This document shows, in pieces, positions 20,664-31,082 of a stretch of 64,000 bases of DNA. Each line of letters begins with the position of its first letter. Positions within the stretch are counted from its first letter, which is position 1. This DNA is from a virus, in the IMG/VR virus record IMGVR_UViG_3300035701_000023, positions 4,303 through 68,302 of that record; one strand, 5' to 3'. A model generated the notes under the pieces. It was not told where the DNA came from, ran no database searches, and saw only the letters and a list, made by a program, of their open reading frames with translations. The position numbers and the translations under genes were made by a program.

Positions 20664-22034
20664 ATGAACGAAAAAAACTTTGGGCATCTCGGGTCGACCT
20701 TCCAACAGTCACTAATCAAATCAATAATTGAAGATAGAAAATACGGGGAAACAATAATAGATGTAATTGAAAGTAGGTATTTTGATAATGTCTCCTTTAA
20801 ATTCATAATGGAGAACATTAAGGAATTCTATTTAAAGTATAACGTGATCCCTGACTATAGTAGTCTTGAACAAAAAATTGCGGCTGAAAATCAATCCAAA
20901 GATTCCACAAAAATACATATTGATACTCTTACCATAATCCGGGAAAAAGCGGTTGATACCATTTATACTAGGGACACTGCCCTTAATTTCTGTAAACAAC
21001 AGAATTTAAAAAAAGAGTTAAAGAAAGTAGATAACATTATTGAGAATGGTAACTTCGAGGAATATTCCACAATAGAGGAAATTATTCAAAAGGCATTACA
21101 AGTAGGTGTAACTACAAATTTAGCTAAAGATGTTTTTGATGATATCGAAGGAACATTAAGAAAGAATTTCAGACACCCGATACCGACCGGTATTTCTGGG
21201 TTGGACTCAATGTTAAAAGATGGATTAGGAAGAGGAGAATTAGGAATAGTACTCGCACCGACTGGTGTTGGTAAAACCACTTTTTTAACCAAAATTGCTA
21301 ACAGTGCTTTTAATTGTGATTTCAATGTGTTACAAATCATTTTCGAAGATAATGAAGAAGTTATAAAAAGAAAACATTACACAATATGGTCGGAGATAAC
21401 GGCGGATGAACAACCTGACAGACAGGAAGAAGTTATACGTACAATACTTGAAACACAAGAAAACTCCAAGGGTAAACTTAAGATTTTAAAGTTGGTTAGT
21501 GGTGATGTAACAATATCTGAGATAAAATCTCAGGTAAGAAAACTAAAGTCCGAGGGGTTTAAAATAGATTTATTGGTTTTAGATTATATCGACTGTATAG
21601 CGCCAGAGAGAGCAAGTTATGGTGAAGAATGGAAGGGTGAGGGTCAAATCATGAGAAATTTAGAATCGATGACTGATGAATTTGATATTGCTATATGGAC
21701 AGCAACACAAGGTAATCGTGAGTCAATCGTTACTGAAATTGTAACAACAAATCAAATGGGTGGATCAATCAAGAAGGCACAGATTGGACACGTCGTAGTA
21801 TCGATAGGTAAAACATTGGAACAGAAAGAACACAATTTAGCTACGGTGACACTATTAAAATCCCGTATAGGTAAAGATGGAATTGTGTGGCAGAATTGTA
21901 AATTTGATAATGAGTTCCTTGTTATTGATACAGAGTCGCAAAATACCCTTCTTGGTCATGAAGAATTGAAGATAGAAGATAAGAAGACAAGGGCAAGGGA
22001 GGCTTACATAAAGCGACAGGAATTAAATAGATAA
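20664..22034 (+). CDS. dnaB: Replicative DNA helicase (DnaB/gp41 family)
   Basis: IPTGISGLD, Walker A APTGVGKT, Walker B LVLDYID, WTATQGNR, LKSRIGKDG. Confidence 0.95.
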   Translation: MNEKNFGHLGSTFQQSLIKSIIEDRKYGETIIDVIESRYFDNVSFKFIMENIKEFYLKYNVIPDYSSLEQKIAAENQSKDSTKIHIDTLTIIREKAVDTIYTRDTALNFCKQQNLKKELKKVDNIIENGNFEEYSTIEEIIQKALQVGVTTNLAKDVFDDIEGTLRKNFRHPIPTGISGLDSMLKDGLGRGELGIVLAPTGVGKTTFLTKIANSAFNCDFNVLQIIFEDNEEVIKRKHYTIWSEITADEQPDRQEEVIRTILETQENSKGKLKILKLVSGDVTISEIKSQVRKLKSEGFKIDLLVLDYIDCIAPERASYGEEWKGEGQIMRNLESMTDEFDIAIWTATQGNRESIVTEIVTTNQMGGSIKKAQIGHVVVSIGKTLEQKEHNLATVTLLKSRIGKDGIVWQNCKFDNEFLVIDTESQNTLLGHEELKIEDKKTRAREAYIKRQELNR

Positions 22035-22122
22035 AAGTGGAAACAAAAATAATACGTTCATATGTTCGTATGGGTAATCTATTTTTAAAAAAATAAAATA
22101 AAAAAATATAGACAAAAGAAAA

Positions 22123-24396
22123 ATGCATAAAGGAAAAAAATTTCTGAGTGACTTGAAATTACATTCAGATTATTTCAAGTGGTTAGAAGATAAGGGTAGA
22201 TATGAAACATGGGACGATGCATGTTACAACATAATAGATGGACACAAAAAAAAATACGATAAACATCTTACCGAATTAGATCCATATTTGAATTCTGCAT
22301 TGGAGAGTATGAAAGATCAAGTAATCTTATCCTCCCAACGAAATTTACAATATCGGTATGAACAGATAATGAAACATAACACAAGAATGTTTAACTGTAC
22401 ATCTGGTCACATTGTAAGAAATAAAGTATTTCAAGAGATTTTTTATTTAGCATTATCTGGATGTGGTTTCGGTGGCGGATTATTAATACCATTTGTAAGA
22501 AACCTAAGTAAGATTAAAAAAAGAACCCTTGGTGCTAAATCATTTATTATTGACGATAGCATTGAAGGGTGGGCAGATGCATTAGGTGTGTTAATGTCCT
22601 CATATTTTGTAGATGACCAACCATTTCCAGACTATGCTGGATATGTGGTCAAATTTGATTATTCAAAAATCAGAGATAAAGGATCACATATTAGTGGCGG
22701 GTTTAAAGCTCCCGGTCCAGATGGAATAAAACAATCATTGGAAAACATTGAAGAATTGATAAATAGATGGATTGAAAAGGAAGGAAATACAATTCGACCA
22801 ATTCTTGCGTTTGACATTATTTGTCATTCTGCCGATGCGGTATTATCGGGTGGTGTTCGTAGATCCGCTCTAAATATGATTGTTGATCCAAATGATGATG
22901 AAATGATTCACGCAAAGACGGGTAATTGGAGAACAGAAAACCCACAAAGAAAACAGAGCAACAACTCCGTATTGTTGTTAAGAGGAGAAGTAACAAAAGA
23001 AAAATTTGAATATCTTGTTAAATTAAATGATGGGGCAAATGATATTGGATTTGTGTTCGCTAACAGTTGGTTTGATATGTTCAATCCATGTTTTGAAATT
23101 CTTAAGATACCAGTATTGATGGCTGTTGATTTTTCAAAAATCAAATACAGCCAAATTTATAATTTTGTTAAAGAGAATAAAGATAAGTTTGGTATACAGG
23201 GATGTAATCTATCAGAAATAAATGCTGAGAAATGTACAACAAAAGAAAAATTTTTAAGAGCCTGTAAAGATGCTTCTATTTTAGGAACATTACAGGCAGG
23301 ATATACTGATTTTCCATACTTGGGAAAGACAAGTAAAAAAATATTCGAAAGAGAAGCACTATTGGGTGTGAGCATAACAGGGTGGATGAATAACCCAAAA
23401 TTATTTAATCCCGAATTATTAAGAGAGGGTGCCGAAGTAGTTAAATCAACAAATAAAGAAGTTGCAACTATCATTGGTATTAATCAGGCAGCAAGAACCA
23501 CTTGTGTTAAACCGTCAGGTAACGCATCAGTTGTGTTGGGAACAGCTAGTGGTATTCATCCAGAACATTCTGAAAAATATTTCCGTGTCATGCAATTAAA
23601 TAAAGAAACTAATACCGCAAAATGGTTAGAAGAAAACATGTCATTTTTACTTGAGGAAAGTGTTTGGTCAAGTACCAAGAGTGATTATGTTGTTTTTGTT
23701 CCCATTGAAAATCCAAAGAATGGTTTATTTAAAAAGAATATGAAAGGTGTTAAACATCTTGAATACATTAAAATGGTTCAGGAGAATTGGGTAAACGCTG
23801 GCACGAACAAAGAATTGTGTGTTTATGATGGAATAAATCACAATACAAGTTGTACAGTAATCATTGACGATAAGGACGAAATTATCAATTATATTTGGGA
23901 TAATAGAAATTTTTTCACTGCAGTTAGTTTTATGTCAGATTATGGAGATAAGGACTTTAATCAAGCTCCATTTACATCTGTATTGGAACTTAATGACCTT
24001 ATTGTTGAATATGGTAAGGGGTCTATCTTAGCCTCTGGTTTGGTAATTGATGGGTTACATTATTTTGACAATAATCTATGGTTAGCGTGTGATATTCTTA
24101 TAAGTATGCAAACAGACAAACAAATACCAATTACTGGAACAAGAGAACAGGTTCTTTTAAGAAATTATTGGTTAATGAGAGCCAAAAAATTCGCAAAGAA
24201 CTATTTCAAAGGAGACATCACCAGAATGATATATTGTTTAAAAGATGTACATTTGTTTCATAAATGGGAAACCGTTACTCGTCAATTTAGGGAAGTGAAT
24301 TTTGGTGAAATTTTAGATAAACCACAATATAAAGATATTTCAGATTATGCTGCCATGAGTTGCAGTGGAGGAGCGTGTGAAATTACAAAAATTTAA
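22123..24396 (+). CDS. nrdJ: Class II (adenosylcobalamin-dependent) ribonucleotide reductase, monomeric type
   Basis: MFNC, GGVRRSA, NPCFEI radical Cys, GCNLSEIN, TTCVKPSGNAS, C-terminal SCSGGACE; no beta-subunit gene adjacent. Confidence 0.88.
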   Translation: MHKGKKFLSDLKLHSDYFKWLEDKGRYETWDDACYNIIDGHKKKYDKHLTELDPYLNSALESMKDQVILSSQRNLQYRYEQIMKHNTRMFNCTSGHIVRNKVFQEIFYLALSGCGFGGGLLIPFVRNLSKIKKRTLGAKSFIIDDSIEGWADALGVLMSSYFVDDQPFPDYAGYVVKFDYSKIRDKGSHISGGFKAPGPDGIKQSLENIEELINRWIEKEGNTIRPILAFDIICHSADAVLSGGVRRSALNMIVDPNDDEMIHAKTGNWRTENPQRKQSNNSVLLLRGEVTKEKFEYLVKLNDGANDIGFVFANSWFDMFNPCFEILKIPVLMAVDFSKIKYSQIYNFVKENKDKFGIQGCNLSEINAEKCTTKEKFLRACKDASILGTLQAGYTDFPYLGKTSKKIFEREALLGVSITGWMNNPKLFNPELLREGAEVVKSTNKEVATIIGINQAARTTCVKPSGNASVVLGTASGIHPEHSEKYFRVMQLNKETNTAKWLEENMSFLLEESVWSSTKSDYVVFVPIENPKNGLFKKNMKGVKHLEYIKMVQENWVNAGTNKELCVYDGINHNTSCTVIIDDKDEIINYIWDNRNFFTAVSFMSDYGDKDFNQAPFTSVLELNDLIVEYGKGSILASGLVIDGLHYFDNNLWLACDILISMQTDKQIPITGTREQVLLRNYWLMRAKKFAKNYFKGDITRMIYCLKDVHLFHKWETVTRQFREVNFGEILDKPQYKDISDYAAMSCSGGACEITKI

Positions 24397-24399
24397 AAT

Positions 24400-24627
24400 A
24401 TGAAATGGTCAGAAACAGCTGAAATGGTATTCATATCAAATCGAATCAAAGAAGATGATCGTATACGATTTGTTAAGGACTTACGTTTGACACTCAGGTT
24501 AGATTATGAAATGCCAGCAAAAGAAGTTAGAAAATTAAATGACAATAAGGTTATTGAATTATGGTTGGAAATTCATTCAAGACCTGAAAATCGAATCGGT
24601 GGAGCGGATTTGACTACTCGACTATAA
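24400..24627 (+). CDS. Hypothetical protein
   Basis: 75-aa ORF starting 3 nt after the nrdJ stop. Confidence 0.6.
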   Translation: MKWSETAEMVFISNRIKEDDRIRFVKDLRLTLRLDYEMPAKEVRKLNDNKVIELWLEIHSRPENRIGGADLTTRL

Positions 24628-24634
24628 AGATAAT

Positions 24635-24741
24635 GGATGGCTCCCTCAAACGAAATATGGAATAACCTCCAGAGTCTAGTGTCATCAAGGTGTACCTTGA
24701 ACATCTATGGTTTGGTAATACAGGGGGCGAAAACCGAACCA
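24635..24741 (+). ncRNA. Candidate structured RNA with pseudoknot
   Basis: GC-richer intergenic segment with stems GGATG/CATCT, TCAAGG/CCTTGA and TGGTTTGGT/ACCGAACCA, plus long-range GCTCCCT/AGGGGGC; followed by a strong hairpin. Confidence 0.6.
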
Positions 24742-24749
24742 CTAACTTG

Positions 24750-24784
24750 ATAACCCGTGACGAATTGTCACGGGTTATTGTTTA
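24750..24784 (+). terminator. Strong hairpin terminator
   Basis: Perfect 12-bp stem ATAACCCGTGAC-GAATT-GTCACGGGTTAT then TGTTTA. Confidence 0.8.
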
Positions 24785-24816
24785 TTACCATTTTTCTATT
24801 CATTATATTTATTGAT

Positions 24817-25269
24817 ATGAGTATAACATATGGAGTAGATTATCCCTTCATGGACAGTCAAAAGGGAGATTTTTTAAAAATGACCGAAACTCCCGAAAGA
24901 GAGGTTAGAGCGAATCTGATTCATCTTCTTTTATCTAGAAAAGGTAGTAGATATTTTTTACCTGATTTCGGAACAAGATTATATGAATATATTTTTGATG
25001 AGAATGACACAGTAGTCTTCGGTCAAATTGAAGATGAAATAAGAGAATCTATAAGAAAATATATTCCAAATTTGGATATAAATTCCATAACAATAACATC
25101 GGCCGAAAATGATCCCGATGAACCTGTAAGTATTGTTGAGGGGGAAGATAATAGATTGTTTAGGGTTTCACAAGGAGCAACTAAACCATACACCGCAAAG
25201 GTTAAAATAGACTATACGGTAAATAACGGAGCATTTTCATCTTCCGACTTTATAATTATTAACATATAA
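24817..25269 (+). CDS. Baseplate wedge protein gp25-like (sheath initiator)
   Basis: NLIHLLLSRKGSRYFLPDFGTRLYEYIFD; ATG at 24817 follows TATTTAT 24806-24812 (the track's GTG start lies in the terminator). Confidence 0.9.
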   Translation: MSITYGVDYPFMDSQKGDFLKMTETPEREVRANLIHLLLSRKGSRYFLPDFGTRLYEYIFDENDTVVFGQIEDEIRESIRKYIPNLDINSITITSAENDPDEPVSIVEGEDNRLFRVSQGATKPYTAKVKIDYTVNNGAFSSSDFIIINI

Positions 25270-25270
25270 A

Positions 25271-27103
25271 ATGGGTAAAAAAATTACATACGCAAAGAGA
25301 GATTTTGCGGGACTAAGACAAGAATTAGTTAATTTAACTAAGGATTATTATCCCGATTTGGTTAAAAATACAAATGATGCTTCAATATACTCTGTTTTAT
25401 TAGATTTAAACGCGGCCGTTTCAGATAATTTACATTTTCATATTGATAGAGTATGGCAGGAAACGATGTTAGATTTTGCCCAACAAAGACAATCCCTCTT
25501 TTTTATTGCCAAAACATATGGGGTTAGATTACCGGGAAACAGACCCTCAGTTGCGTTATGTGACTTTTCAATTACTGTTCCAGTAAGGGGGGATAAAGAA
25601 GATGAAAGATATGAGGGTATTCTAAAGACGGGAGCTCAGGTTTCTGGTGGAGGTCAGATATTTGAAACAATCAATGATATTGATTTTTCAATACCATATA
25701 ATGATAGAGGGGAACCAAACAGATTAAAGGTTCCCAATTTTGATGGAAATAATCAATTAGTATCATACACTATAACAAAGAGAGAACCCGTTGCAAACGG
25801 TGCAACAAGGATTTATAGAAGGGTTATAAACACATTAGATCAAAGACCATTCCTTAAACTTTATTTACCTGAGCAAAATGTTCTTGGTGTTACTTCGGTA
25901 ATTCATAAAGAAGGAACAAATTTTTCATCAAATCCAACATCAAGTGAGTTTTCAAATTCCACAAATAAATGGTATGAAGTTAAATCCTTAATTCAGGATA
26001 AGATTTTTATTCCAGATCCTACCTCCGTTTCGGATACTGAAAACTTTAAATCGGGGAACTATCTTAGTGTAAATAATAAACTCATAACAGAATATACTCC
26101 CGAAGGTTATTTTTCATTAACATTTGGATCGGGTAATGTTGATCCAATGGACAATATGGATAGTTACATGACAGGAAATATGAAAGTTAATCTATCAAAT
26201 TATTTGAATAATCTTTCATTGGGAATGTTACCTAAAGCGGGAACAACATTGTTTGTTAAATATAGAATAGGTGGGGGTAAGAGTTCTAATCTGGGGGTTA
26301 ATATTATTACAAGTGTGGACAATATTGAATTTAATGTAGGTGGACCAAATGGTTCAATTAATACACAAGTTGCAAATTCGTTAAGAGTTACCAATGTAAC
26401 TCCTGCGGTTGGGGGAGCAGATCAACCAACAATTGAAGAGATTAGAAATATGATTGCATATAATTTTGCGGCTCAGAATAGGGCAGTAACATTAAACGAT
26501 TATAAATCATTAATTGAAAGCATGCCATCAACATATGGCGCGCCAGCCAAGGTGAATGTTATGGAAGAGGATAATAAGGTTAGAATCAAATTAATCTCAT
26601 ATGATGATAAAGGAAATTTAACTGATGTGGTTTCCAATACCCTAAAAAATAATATTGTAAATTACTTATCTGAATATAGAATGATAAACGACTATATCGA
26701 TATTGTAAGTGGTGAAGTTGTTGATTTGGGGTTAGAGATTGATTTGATGATTGATAAAAATGAAAATCCAACAGATGTTGTGTCGGCTTCTATAAATACG
26801 GTTATATCATCTTTTGCAATAGAAAAAAGGAAGATGGGTGACCCATTATTTCTTGGTGACTTATCCAAAGATCTTGGAAATGTTCCCGGAGTAGTTAACG
26901 TAATTGAAATTCGGGCTTATGGATTAACCGGAGGAGAATATTCTTCATCTGAGGTTGCTCAATCTTATCTTGACGATATCACTAAAGAAATTGCACAATC
27001 CGATATGACTATCTTCATGAAGTCAAATCAAATATACCAGATTAGATTCCCAAACAAGGATATTAAGGTTAGAGTAAAAACATTGGGAACGACTACATTC
27101 TAA
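25271..27103 (+). CDS. Baseplate wedge protein gp6 / baseplate J-like
   Basis: RDFAGLRQEL, AVGGADQPTIEEIR, AQNRAVTLNDY. Confidence 0.9.
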   Translation: MGKKITYAKRDFAGLRQELVNLTKDYYPDLVKNTNDASIYSVLLDLNAAVSDNLHFHIDRVWQETMLDFAQQRQSLFFIAKTYGVRLPGNRPSVALCDFSITVPVRGDKEDERYEGILKTGAQVSGGGQIFETINDIDFSIPYNDRGEPNRLKVPNFDGNNQLVSYTITKREPVANGATRIYRRVINTLDQRPFLKLYLPEQNVLGVTSVIHKEGTNFSSNPTSSEFSNSTNKWYEVKSLIQDKIFIPDPTSVSDTENFKSGNYLSVNNKLITEYTPEGYFSLTFGSGNVDPMDNMDSYMTGNMKVNLSNYLNNLSLGMLPKAGTTLFVKYRIGGGKSSNLGVNIITSVDNIEFNVGGPNGSINTQVANSLRVTNVTPAVGGADQPTIEEIRNMIAYNFAAQNRAVTLNDYKSLIESMPSTYGAPAKVNVMEEDNKVRIKLISYDDKGNLTDVVSNTLKNNIVNYLSEYRMINDYIDIVSGEVVDLGLEIDLMIDKNENPTDVVSASINTVISSFAIEKRKMGDPLFLGDLSKDLGNVPGVVNVIEIRAYGLTGGEYSSSEVAQSYLDDITKEIAQSDMTIFMKSNQIYQIRFPNKDIKVRVKTLGTTTF

Positions 27104-27155
27104 AAACGATTTTCTTTATCTTAATAGAAAATCATCTGGTTTCTATTTATTATAA

Positions 27156-30100
27156 ATGCAAAAACATCGGATTTACACGGATATTGGTAAGGACCAAAAG
27201 ATTACCTTAGAAATTAAACAAGATTATGATCTTCTTGAGATATTGTCTCTCAAATTTTCACAAAAGGATATCTATTCATCTTTCTGTGCTGATTATGGTG
27301 TGGTTTGTGGTAGAATTTCAGTAAATAATGGATTTGGTATTCCAAACGCTAAAATTTCTATTTTTGTTCCTCTTTCAACGGATGATGAGAATGATCCTGT
27401 AATATCTTCCCTATACCCATATAAATCAACTGATCAAAGAGACGAAAACAATTATAGATATAATTTACTACCCTCTAGACAACAACATGGCGGTCACGTA
27501 CCGACAGGTACCTTTCCTGATCAAAGAGACGTATTAACCCGGGAAGAGGTGTTAGAGGTGTATGAGAAATATTACAAATACACGGTTAAAACAAATACCG
27601 CGGGTGACTTCATGATTTGGGGAGTACCACTTGGGTCTCAGATTCTTCATGTTGATGTTGATCTGTCAGATATTGGTTGTTTTTCTTTACGACCTTATGA
27701 TTTCATCAGACAGGGTTCGGGGGTGGATTCATTTCAAAACAAATATACTTTCAAAGGATCTGAAGATATTGATTCATTACCACAGATAGTTTCATTTGAT
27801 AAAACAATTGAAGTTTATCCATTTTGGGGAAATCAGGATCTATGTGAAATAGGGATAACGAGAACAGATTTCGACTTATCAAGTCAAGGAGTTAAAATAG
27901 AACCGAAAGCCTTCCTTATTGGGGGAACATATACCGATACAGGTAAGAACGCAGTAAATAAAAATTGTGACGCAAGAACCAAAATGGGTAGAAAGTGTGA
28001 CTTAACCACTAAAACTGGAACAATTGAGGCTATTAGATTTACATCCACAAAAGATGAAAATTACAGACCAATTTTAGAAAAATTTGAATTACATGAGGAT
28101 ATACCAGAGGATGGTTCATTTGTTGTTCCATTACCAATGAACATGGAATATATCATCACCAATGAATTTGGTGAAAATGAAATAACCAATGATCCGAATA
28201 AAGGAATACCCACAGCTGCGTGTTATAGATTCCGATTTACATTAAATGATTCTGGAAACTCAAGAATCAGGAAGAACGCGTCGTATTTAGCTCCGAATAT
28301 TCGAGAGTATAGTACCGATATTAATAAATCATATTCCTTTTCTACAGACTATAATGATTATCCATCGTTGGCCATTAATAGTTTAATTCTTGATAATACC
28401 GATGGACAATTCTATCCAAAGGATTATTTTTATAGATTTCAATATAATAAAGTTTATACCGTATCATCATTTCAAAGCTTATATTCACAAAATTCCACAT
28501 TTGAACGTGATAAGTATGTTGGAATTAAAGAAATAGTTCCTTCAGAAGAAGAGGATTGTTCGTCAGATGTTGTAACTCCCCCGGTTAATTTTGGAGTTAA
28601 AAATAAAACATTTCAGTTATTAATTGCCGATGTTCTTTTATTTTTTGAACATCTCATAAATTTAATTGTGTTGACATTTATCAACACGGTTACAATTGTA
28701 TTTCATGATTTTGCAGATGCGGTTGATTTTCATCCAATAAAGTTTCTTGCGAAGGCAGTAAGAAAATTTGCATATAGAATACAATCTGGTGGACAAAAGA
28801 AACTATATCTAATTTCATATCCTGAATGTGAAGAATGTAATGGTGAAGATAGTTTTGGGGCAGAAACTCAAAATACAGAAATATTAAATTTTTGTCCTGT
28901 TGCGAGTGGTCAAACATATGGAAGCAATGATCAAACTATATTTACATCAGGTATAACGGGGGCAAGTTCTTCGTGGGTTATTAATCATGGTTTAGGTGAG
29001 TTAAATCCAATCGTACAAGTTATTGATGGTACAAATACAACAATAACTCCAACAAATATTGTATATACAGATGTTAATAATTTAACCATAAATTTTGGTT
29101 CTGCCGTTACGGGTACAACAATTATTACCTTATCGAATCAATCATATCGAATAAGACCAATGGTGGGATCAATTGACTATACTACAGTTACAGGTGGAAC
29201 GGGTTGTACATTAAATACTCGAATAGCTAATGACGCTGACTTGGTTGCTAAACAATATTATCCACCCCCAAGTCTTAGTAGTGGTTATTATCTTAGATAT
29301 ACAGGAATAACAACGAGTGCAACAACGATTGTTGAATTAAATACCGAACCAAATGGTGATCATTTTGAAATTCAAAACGGACAATTAGTATTTATAGACT
29401 ATTCAAATATATTCACCCCACAAGCTACATATACTTTTGAAATTGTTGATAAGTGGCAACCATCAGGGTCTACTGGAACGACACTTACCCTTGAATCAGG
29501 ATGTGAATTATTTGATTGTCCATATGATGAAGATTTGGTTAAATATTACTATGAGGGAACGGGATCATCAAGAACAGTCGTTAGTGGTTGTACAGCATTG
29601 GTTACTGCAACCAATTTATCAAATAGAGACGAACATCTGGTTACATCATATAAGGGTGAGAATTTTCCAAGAGATACTGATAGTGGTGAAACTGAATTTG
29701 CAAATGGTGTGTTTTATTTTGTACCGGCTACACAAACAAATAAGAAATTATGGTCAATTCTTAAAGAATATAGAAGAAGAAAAAGGGTATGTAAATTATT
29801 TTGTGGTGGAATAGTAAACTTTTCATTCATAGATAATTGGTTATCTGGTTCACTATATTTTTTCCAATTCAAATCAAAAAAAAATAAATATTGTAGTGAT
29901 GTAATTCATAAAGATACCGATGATAGATATTATTATAGATCAACATCATATGTTGACGCAACAAATACTTGGGGAATAGATAGAGGAGATGTAACACTTT
30001 TAAATCGACCAACAACATTTGTTGATTTAGGCCCGAGGGATGAATTTATAAAAGAAATTTGTATTGATCAATCTCTTGACCCTAATTGTTCAGTATCAAG

Positions 30101-31082
30101 ATCAATTGGACCAACATCATTTCAAAGTTTTGGTGAACTTTTAGGGTTAGCCATAAATTATAGAATGGATGTGAGTAATAATTTATTTGATATAAATAAC
30201 TTCTTCGATAATTCTGGGTTTACAGTTACTAATAGGGTTTTCGATGGTGATATTACACAATTAATTTCTATTAATAATGAGGTTGGAATTGCTGAGTTTG
30301 ATCTACAAGATCCAAAATATTTAGGATATAGTTATCAGGTATTAGACCCGGATACTTATCCACAATTATTTAAACCACATGGATATTGGGGACCACTTCC
30401 TGTAACGTTTGTGTTGGATGAAGATGGTCAAAGAATAAGGGCATGTATAAATGAACCAACCCATATTGACTATTATGGTAATCCTGTTGAGGGTAGATTA
30501 ACAGAAGCTTCTCAACCTGTACCGTTTTTCTTATGGGATAAAAAAGGAACGGGGTTTGGTGGAACAGATGAGAATACATCAGATGACCAATCATGGGACT
30601 ATTCAACAGTTGTTGTACAACCACTTCAAGGAATGACAACAGGGTACACCATAACAGGTATACCAAACGATTCGTCTGATAAATATTTGTTATTACCAAT
30701 AACCGAAACGTTTAGTGGACTTACAATAACAGGAAACGTTACAAATGAGGTTCACTATGATGCAATTTCCTTAACGGATGATCATTTGAATTATGACACC
30801 GAATATCCGGGATTTGTGTTTTTACATGTAACAGGTGGAACTACCACAACACCAACAGCTGGAGTTTTATATGCCAGATATGGTGCTGCGGGAAATTGGT
30901 GGTCAACATATTGGGACATAAATATTGATTTTATTTTACATAGAACGGAGGACTACTGGGGACGAAGACAAATATTATCAACCCCATTTATGTTTTATTT
31001 CGGATTAAAGGCGGGTAAAACAGGAATAGATAAATTTATTGACCTATTTGGTCCTAAAGGGGCGTTCCCATCAGCTGAATAA
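27156..31082 (+). CDS. Large virion (baseplate/fibre-network) protein with N-terminal carboxypeptidase-regulatory-like beta domain
   Basis: GVVCGRISVNNGFGIPNAKISIF, TNTAGDFMIWGVPLG; TATTTAT 27144-27150; terminal PFMFYFGLKAGKTGIDKF. Confidence 0.7.
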   Translation: MQKHRIYTDIGKDQKITLEIKQDYDLLEILSLKFSQKDIYSSFCADYGVVCGRISVNNGFGIPNAKISIFVPLSTDDENDPVISSLYPYKSTDQRDENNYRYNLLPSRQQHGGHVPTGTFPDQRDVLTREEVLEVYEKYYKYTVKTNTAGDFMIWGVPLGSQILHVDVDLSDIGCFSLRPYDFIRQGSGVDSFQNKYTFKGSEDIDSLPQIVSFDKTIEVYPFWGNQDLCEIGITRTDFDLSSQGVKIEPKAFLIGGTYTDTGKNAVNKNCDARTKMGRKCDLTTKTGTIEAIRFTSTKDENYRPILEKFELHEDIPEDGSFVVPLPMNMEYIITNEFGENEITNDPNKGIPTAACYRFRFTLNDSGNSRIRKNASYLAPNIREYSTDINKSYSFSTDYNDYPSLAINSLILDNTDGQFYPKDYFYRFQYNKVYTVSSFQSLYSQNSTFERDKYVGIKEIVPSEEEDCSSDVVTPPVNFGVKNKTFQLLIADVLLFFEHLINLIVLTFINTVTIVFHDFADAVDFHPIKFLAKAVRKFAYRIQSGGQKKLYLISYPECEECNGEDSFGAETQNTEILNFCPVASGQTYGSNDQTIFTSGITGASSSWVINHGLGELNPIVQVIDGTNTTITPTNIVYTDVNNLTINFGSAVTGTTIITLSNQSYRIRPMVGSIDYTTVTGGTGCTLNTRIANDADLVAKQYYPPPSLSSGYYLRYTGITTSATTIVELNTEPNGDHFEIQNGQLVFIDYSNIFTPQATYTFEIVDKWQPSGSTGTTLTLESGCELFDCPYDEDLVKYYYEGTGSSRTVVSGCTALVTATNLSNRDEHLVTSYKGENFPRDTDSGETEFANGVFYFVPATQTNKKLWSILKEYRRRKRVCKLFCGGIVNFSFIDNWLSGSLYFFQFKSKKNKYCSDVIHKDTDDRYYYRSTSYVDATNTWGIDRGDVTLLNRPTTFVDLGPRDEFIKEICIDQSLDPNCSVSRSIGPTSFQSFGELLGLAINYRMDVSNNLFDINNFFDNSGFTVTNRVFDGDITQLISINNEVGIAEFDLQDPKYLGYSYQVLDPDTYPQLFKPHGYWGPLPVTFVLDEDGQRIRACINEPTHIDYYGNPVEGRLTEASQPVPFFLWDKKGTGFGGTDENTSDDQSWDYSTVVVQPLQGMTTGYTITGIPNDSSDKYLLLPITETFSGLTITGNVTNEVHYDAISLTDDHLNYDTEYPGFVFLHVTGGTTTTPTAGVLYARYGAAGNWWSTYWDINIDFILHRTEDYWGRRQILSTPFMFYFGLKAGKTGIDKFIDLFGPKGAFPSAE

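Noticed and set aside
22035-22122. Cobalamin riboswitch or NrdR box upstream of nrdJ
   Set aside because: The spacer is only ~88 nt and AT-rich, lacks a B12 box, and offers only a weak hairpin.
20664-24396. Inteins or introns in DnaB and RNR
   Set aside because: Both proteins have normal length and contiguous motifs; no splicing or homing-endonuclease motifs seen.
24723-24741. GGGGGCGAAA as a tmRNA or tRNA 5' end
   Set aside because: No D-loop or T-arm (GTTCGA) and no acceptor partner with CCA; the G run is explained by the pseudoknot pairing.
24757-24816. Upstream GTG/TTG/ATG extensions in the ORF track (also 42454, 16322, 32863, 45287)
   Set aside because: They run through terminator hairpins or upstream genes; downstream ATGs fit promoter spacing and gene coupling better.
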